A stretch of DNA of 34,220 nucleotides. Origin: Piptocephalis cylindrospora (lineage: Eukaryota). Below are positions 30,497-34,220 of the stretch, one piece after another; the first letter of the stretch is position 1; the number at the start of each line of letters is the position of its first letter. The notes beneath the pieces were generated by a model. That model was not told the DNA's origin. It was given only the letters and a program-made list of their open reading frames with translations, and ran no database searches. The position numbers and the translations under genes were made by a program. The DNA lies in contig KZ987740.1 in NCBI GenBank assembly GCA_003614145.1, positions 1 through 34,220 on the forward strand, read 5' to 3'.

Positions 30497-33400
30497 ATGT
30501 ACTACCAACCCAACTTCATACAGGTCATGGTGGAGCGCGTAAGTTCTCCCTTCATCTAGCACATCATCTACCACCTTCCCACACGTCACTTAACCCTCCC
30601 TCCTCCCCTCCTCTTCCCCTAACAGTTATCAAGCCCGGATCCGGACGTGCGATTTATGGCAGCTACAGATCTGACAGGAGCGCTCAAGGACACCAAGGAT
30701 TTTATCCTCCCCCCGACCGCTCATGGTATTGGCAACATTATTGAGCCTTTGGTTCTTCTTTTGGGTGACTCCAATGGGGATGTGCAATCCTTGGCCGTAC
30801 GTTCTTTTGGCCCCCTAGCCTCCAGGAGCAACCAGACGCAGCGAAACGCCATTTTACAAGCTCTGTATGATGTTCTGGCCTCTCCTGTTGCCAATGGTCG
30901 CGACAATGCCATCCTCGCTCTAAAGGGCATTCTCAGTGCTCTTACCAAGGCCATTTCTACCACCTCCACTCATACCACTTCTCTCCCAGCTCCCGCATCC
31001 GCCTTTACCTCGATGGATGCGAAGCAGGTGGTGGAGAAGCTGCTACCGCTGCTTATGACTGAAGTGGATAAGGCTGGCCAAGGCCACCAAGAGGTATGTC
31101 AGATTGGGCGGGGCAAGCGAGTTTTATAATACCACTCATTACTTCTACCCCCTACCTGCATCTATTTCCTGTATTCCTAGGAAATGACTCCAGAAATGCT
31201 TGGAGGAATCCTGGACCTTACCTTTCACCTCCTCTCACCTCCCTTTACTCTTCCTTCCTCCACCCTCCCCATCTCTTCCACCGCCATTTACCCTATACTT
31301 CTCCCTCTCTTGACTCATTCCAGGCAATTGATTAGGAAAAAAACTGTCCTTGTTATGGGTAAGCTATTTTTGAACTTCTTACCCACATCCCCCGCCTCCA
31401 TCCATAATCTTGATGCGGATGATAATCTTTCCCCATCATGTCACATCTTGTTACATTGCATCTCATAACTCATTCACATCGAATATTAAATCTCTATAGG
31501 CGCCACCTCCTCTCTTCTTCCTTCCAAGGAATTCCTCCATCTTGTTGGTGTTACCCTGGAAAACATTGGTCAAGGAAAAGAAATCCCCACTAAGCCTGAA
31601 GATACTCGTACATGGGTTCAGCTCTCTGGGAACATGCTGTAAGTCGTATAGGAATGCGTTACGTAGACGAAAAGCTAATCATTTTCCCAATACTCAATAT
31701 GGCATGGGGGTGTAGGCCCCGGTGGCTACTCCTGATCAAGGCCAAGGCAAGCTCCAGTGGAACCACCGAGGCGCACCATTTCTTAGAGCAGTATACTCAG
31801 GCTCTTGAAGGACTAGTGGGTAGGATGATGCATCAAGGTGAACCTGAGGAGGATACGGAAAGATGGGACCAATTAAACGATCTTTCCGAGGCATGCCTAC
31901 GTGTAAGTAGTAGACTAAGAAATTGAATTTCTTGGCAAACATCATCTCATTACCTCCTACTCTCCAGGCAATGGAAGGATTGGCCCTGTCAGGATTGTAC
32001 GAGCCCCCCATTGATTTACTCAGTACCACTCTTTCTTATGACCCTGGCTACCTTGGGGACGAGGATGATGATGCTATGGGAACTGCGGGAGATGGCGACA
32101 GCTCAATGGACGGCGATGAAGAGGATGGGGAGGAGGATGACTGGGATGCGTAAGTGCTATGTGTCGGGATGTACTTATTTGATGATCATATCTCCCTTCC
32201 TCCCTCAATTCTTTCTACTCACATATCTTCTCTCTCTTCTCTATTTAGTGAATATGATGCTCCAGAAGAAGAAGACGATACCTCTTGGAAAGTTCGTCGT
32301 ATCTCCTTGGATGTCATTCGGGCTCTAGGGATTAAGAAGGCTGCAAGCGTTCCATCCCTTTTGAAGCTTCTACGGTGCCGTGTAGTTCGGGAGCGAGAAG
32401 AGACAGTGAAGGTTGGGGTCCTTGAGGTTATTTCATCCTTGCTTGAAACGTGCACAATCAAAGGGTTCACTGGCGAGGAGGGGATCGATCTGTCTTTACC
32501 CCCATCCTCTTCTATCCCTACTTCGATTACCACTGCAAGTCATGGTGGGGAGATAGGGGGAGGGGGGATTGATTCCACCGGTATGGACGGTCCATGGAAG
32601 AGACGGCGTCTCACTGCAGAAGATAAGGGGATAGAAATGGATGGAGGAGAAGGGGATGAAGGGATTTCCTCTCCTGATTCCCGACCACTTGGGATCCCAC
32701 TCCTCTTGGATCTGTCCAAGCCCCTTTTAGTCCTTCTCAAGGTTACTACTAGATCAGATGACCTTATGCGCGCGTCCCTCCTGGCCCTACGCAGCCTTTG
32801 CCTTTGCCTCTCTAGAGAGCAGGGGGAGAGTGATGAAAAGTTTGCCGTAGAGGGAATGGAGGGTATGAAGAAGACCTGCTCCTCTCTCCCATCCCTTTTC
32901 CTCCCCCTCCTTTCCTCCTCCTCCTCCTCCTCCTCCTCTACTTCAGGATCCATGAGTGAAAAAGGGGATACACATCGTCGTCTAGGCTATCTTACTACCT
33001 TAAAGGCTGTTCTGGACCTTCCTTCCTCCTTCTTGCCCTCCTCCTCCATTCCTACTGACCTTGTGAATGCGGTTTGCCATGCCACTAAAGATACATTTGA
33101 CTGGGTGTCTGTCGAGGCCTTTCGTATTCTCTGTCGAGTGTTAGATCGATTTAACGAAGACTCAGCAGGCAAAGGTGAAAGGGACGTGGAAAGGGAGCGC
33201 ATGGCTGAAGTAGCCTTGGATGGGCTGGAGGGCGGGGGTGGAAGGGAACAAGAGAGGCTACGCTGGTCTCTCCGCCTCCTTGGATCCCTCTCTAACGATC
33301 TTTCTTCCAGTCCGATACTGAGGACGCAAGTCATCCAAGGAATTGTCCAGATTGTGGAAGGATCTAAAGGAGAAGATGGAGTCGCCCTAGAAGGTATGCA

Positions 33401-34150
33401 AGCCCTTGACCGTGCTCTTTCCCCCCTGGATCCTTCCAGCACAACTGGGGCTGAAGAGACCGATATGAGAATGAGGGCTGCCCATGCCATTCTTGGCAGG
33501 ATTCAACGAGGACCTAGGGCTGTAAGGATTGGTGGCATGCAGGTGCTCCTTCATTCCTCTTCCACTTTCCTTCCCACCTTGCTAAGGGGGAGGCAGGCCA
33601 ATGAGGTGGACGCTTGCTTGGTTCGGGCGATGGATCAGGGCAAGATCTCGGCCAAATCCACCCGTGGTGGGGAATGGATGGATGTGGAGGAATCCATTCT
33701 GATCATCCGTATGTCCAAGCGGCTTGCTGATTTGGAGGATCCCACAGCCTCTGGGGGGCAAGACCTTACCGAGAATCAGAGAAGACTCCTTACCTCCTGC
33801 CGATCTCTGGAGGGACCAGGGGTCCTATCTGAGCTGGGTGAGCTGACAGGTCGACTTGCGGCTCATGGCAAGGGTCCATCTATCCTTCGGATCCTCTGGG
33901 ATGATTTGGACTCCATGGATGAGTCCACTGAAGTTCTTGGAGCTTCTAGACTGGTATGTTTTTTATATATGGATAAACTCATTCTAGGGGGGTCTTTGTG
34001 TTTCGGATTTACCTGAATCATGTACCATTATCCTTTTCTGCTATTTAGGGATGCCAAGGAGTGGCTCTGTGTCTGGCCCATGCCCTTGTCCACGATCAAG
34101 GAAACGGGGGATGGAAATTTGTGCAAGAGAAGCTTCTTCCCTGCATTCAG
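30497..34150 (+). CDS. CAND1: Cullin-associated NEDD8-dissociated protein 1 (CAND1/TIP120), divergent, continues beyond the window
   Basis: Exons 30497..30538, 30626..31093, 31181..31358, 31500..31638, 31716..31902, 31968..32149, 32249..33953 and 34049..34150, all GT-AG and phase-consistent. Motifs: DPDVRFMAATDL, LLGDSNGDVQSLAVR, LSYDPGY, DDTSWKVRR, EREETVK. Confidence 0.9.
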
Positions 34151-34220
34151 GTGCGATTCTCTTTCTCTCGTTTCGATAGAAAAGAAGAGGTTAAGGGATG
34201 AGATGATTTTATTTGCTAAC

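Overview
This is a gene-dense eukaryotic window with short GT-AG introns (about 55-140 nt) and CT-rich tracts before start codons. It looks like an early-diverging fungus (Zoopagomycota-like, by inference only). Conserved genes: a hidden 4-exon COA8/APOPT1 gene, cyclin H, a P4-ATPase lipid flippase, CCA-adding enzyme, an SRA1-domain protein, RanBP9/GID1, RPB3, DNAJC11 and a 3'-truncated CAND1. Lineage-specific genes: three intronless secreted orphans, one with a decayed tandem paralog, and a 7-TM orphan with a polyproline tail. The standout is a ~1.4 kb non-coding, heavily base-paired + strand region (~16020-17460), head-to-head with the CCA gene. It has a CCCUAAACCC template-like 10-mer, an upstream GNRA-capped boundary hairpin, a pseudoknot-compatible pairing and an enclosing helix. 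It is a candidate telomerase RNA that predicts (TTTAGGG)n telomeres. All folds and alignments were done by eye and need computational confirmation.
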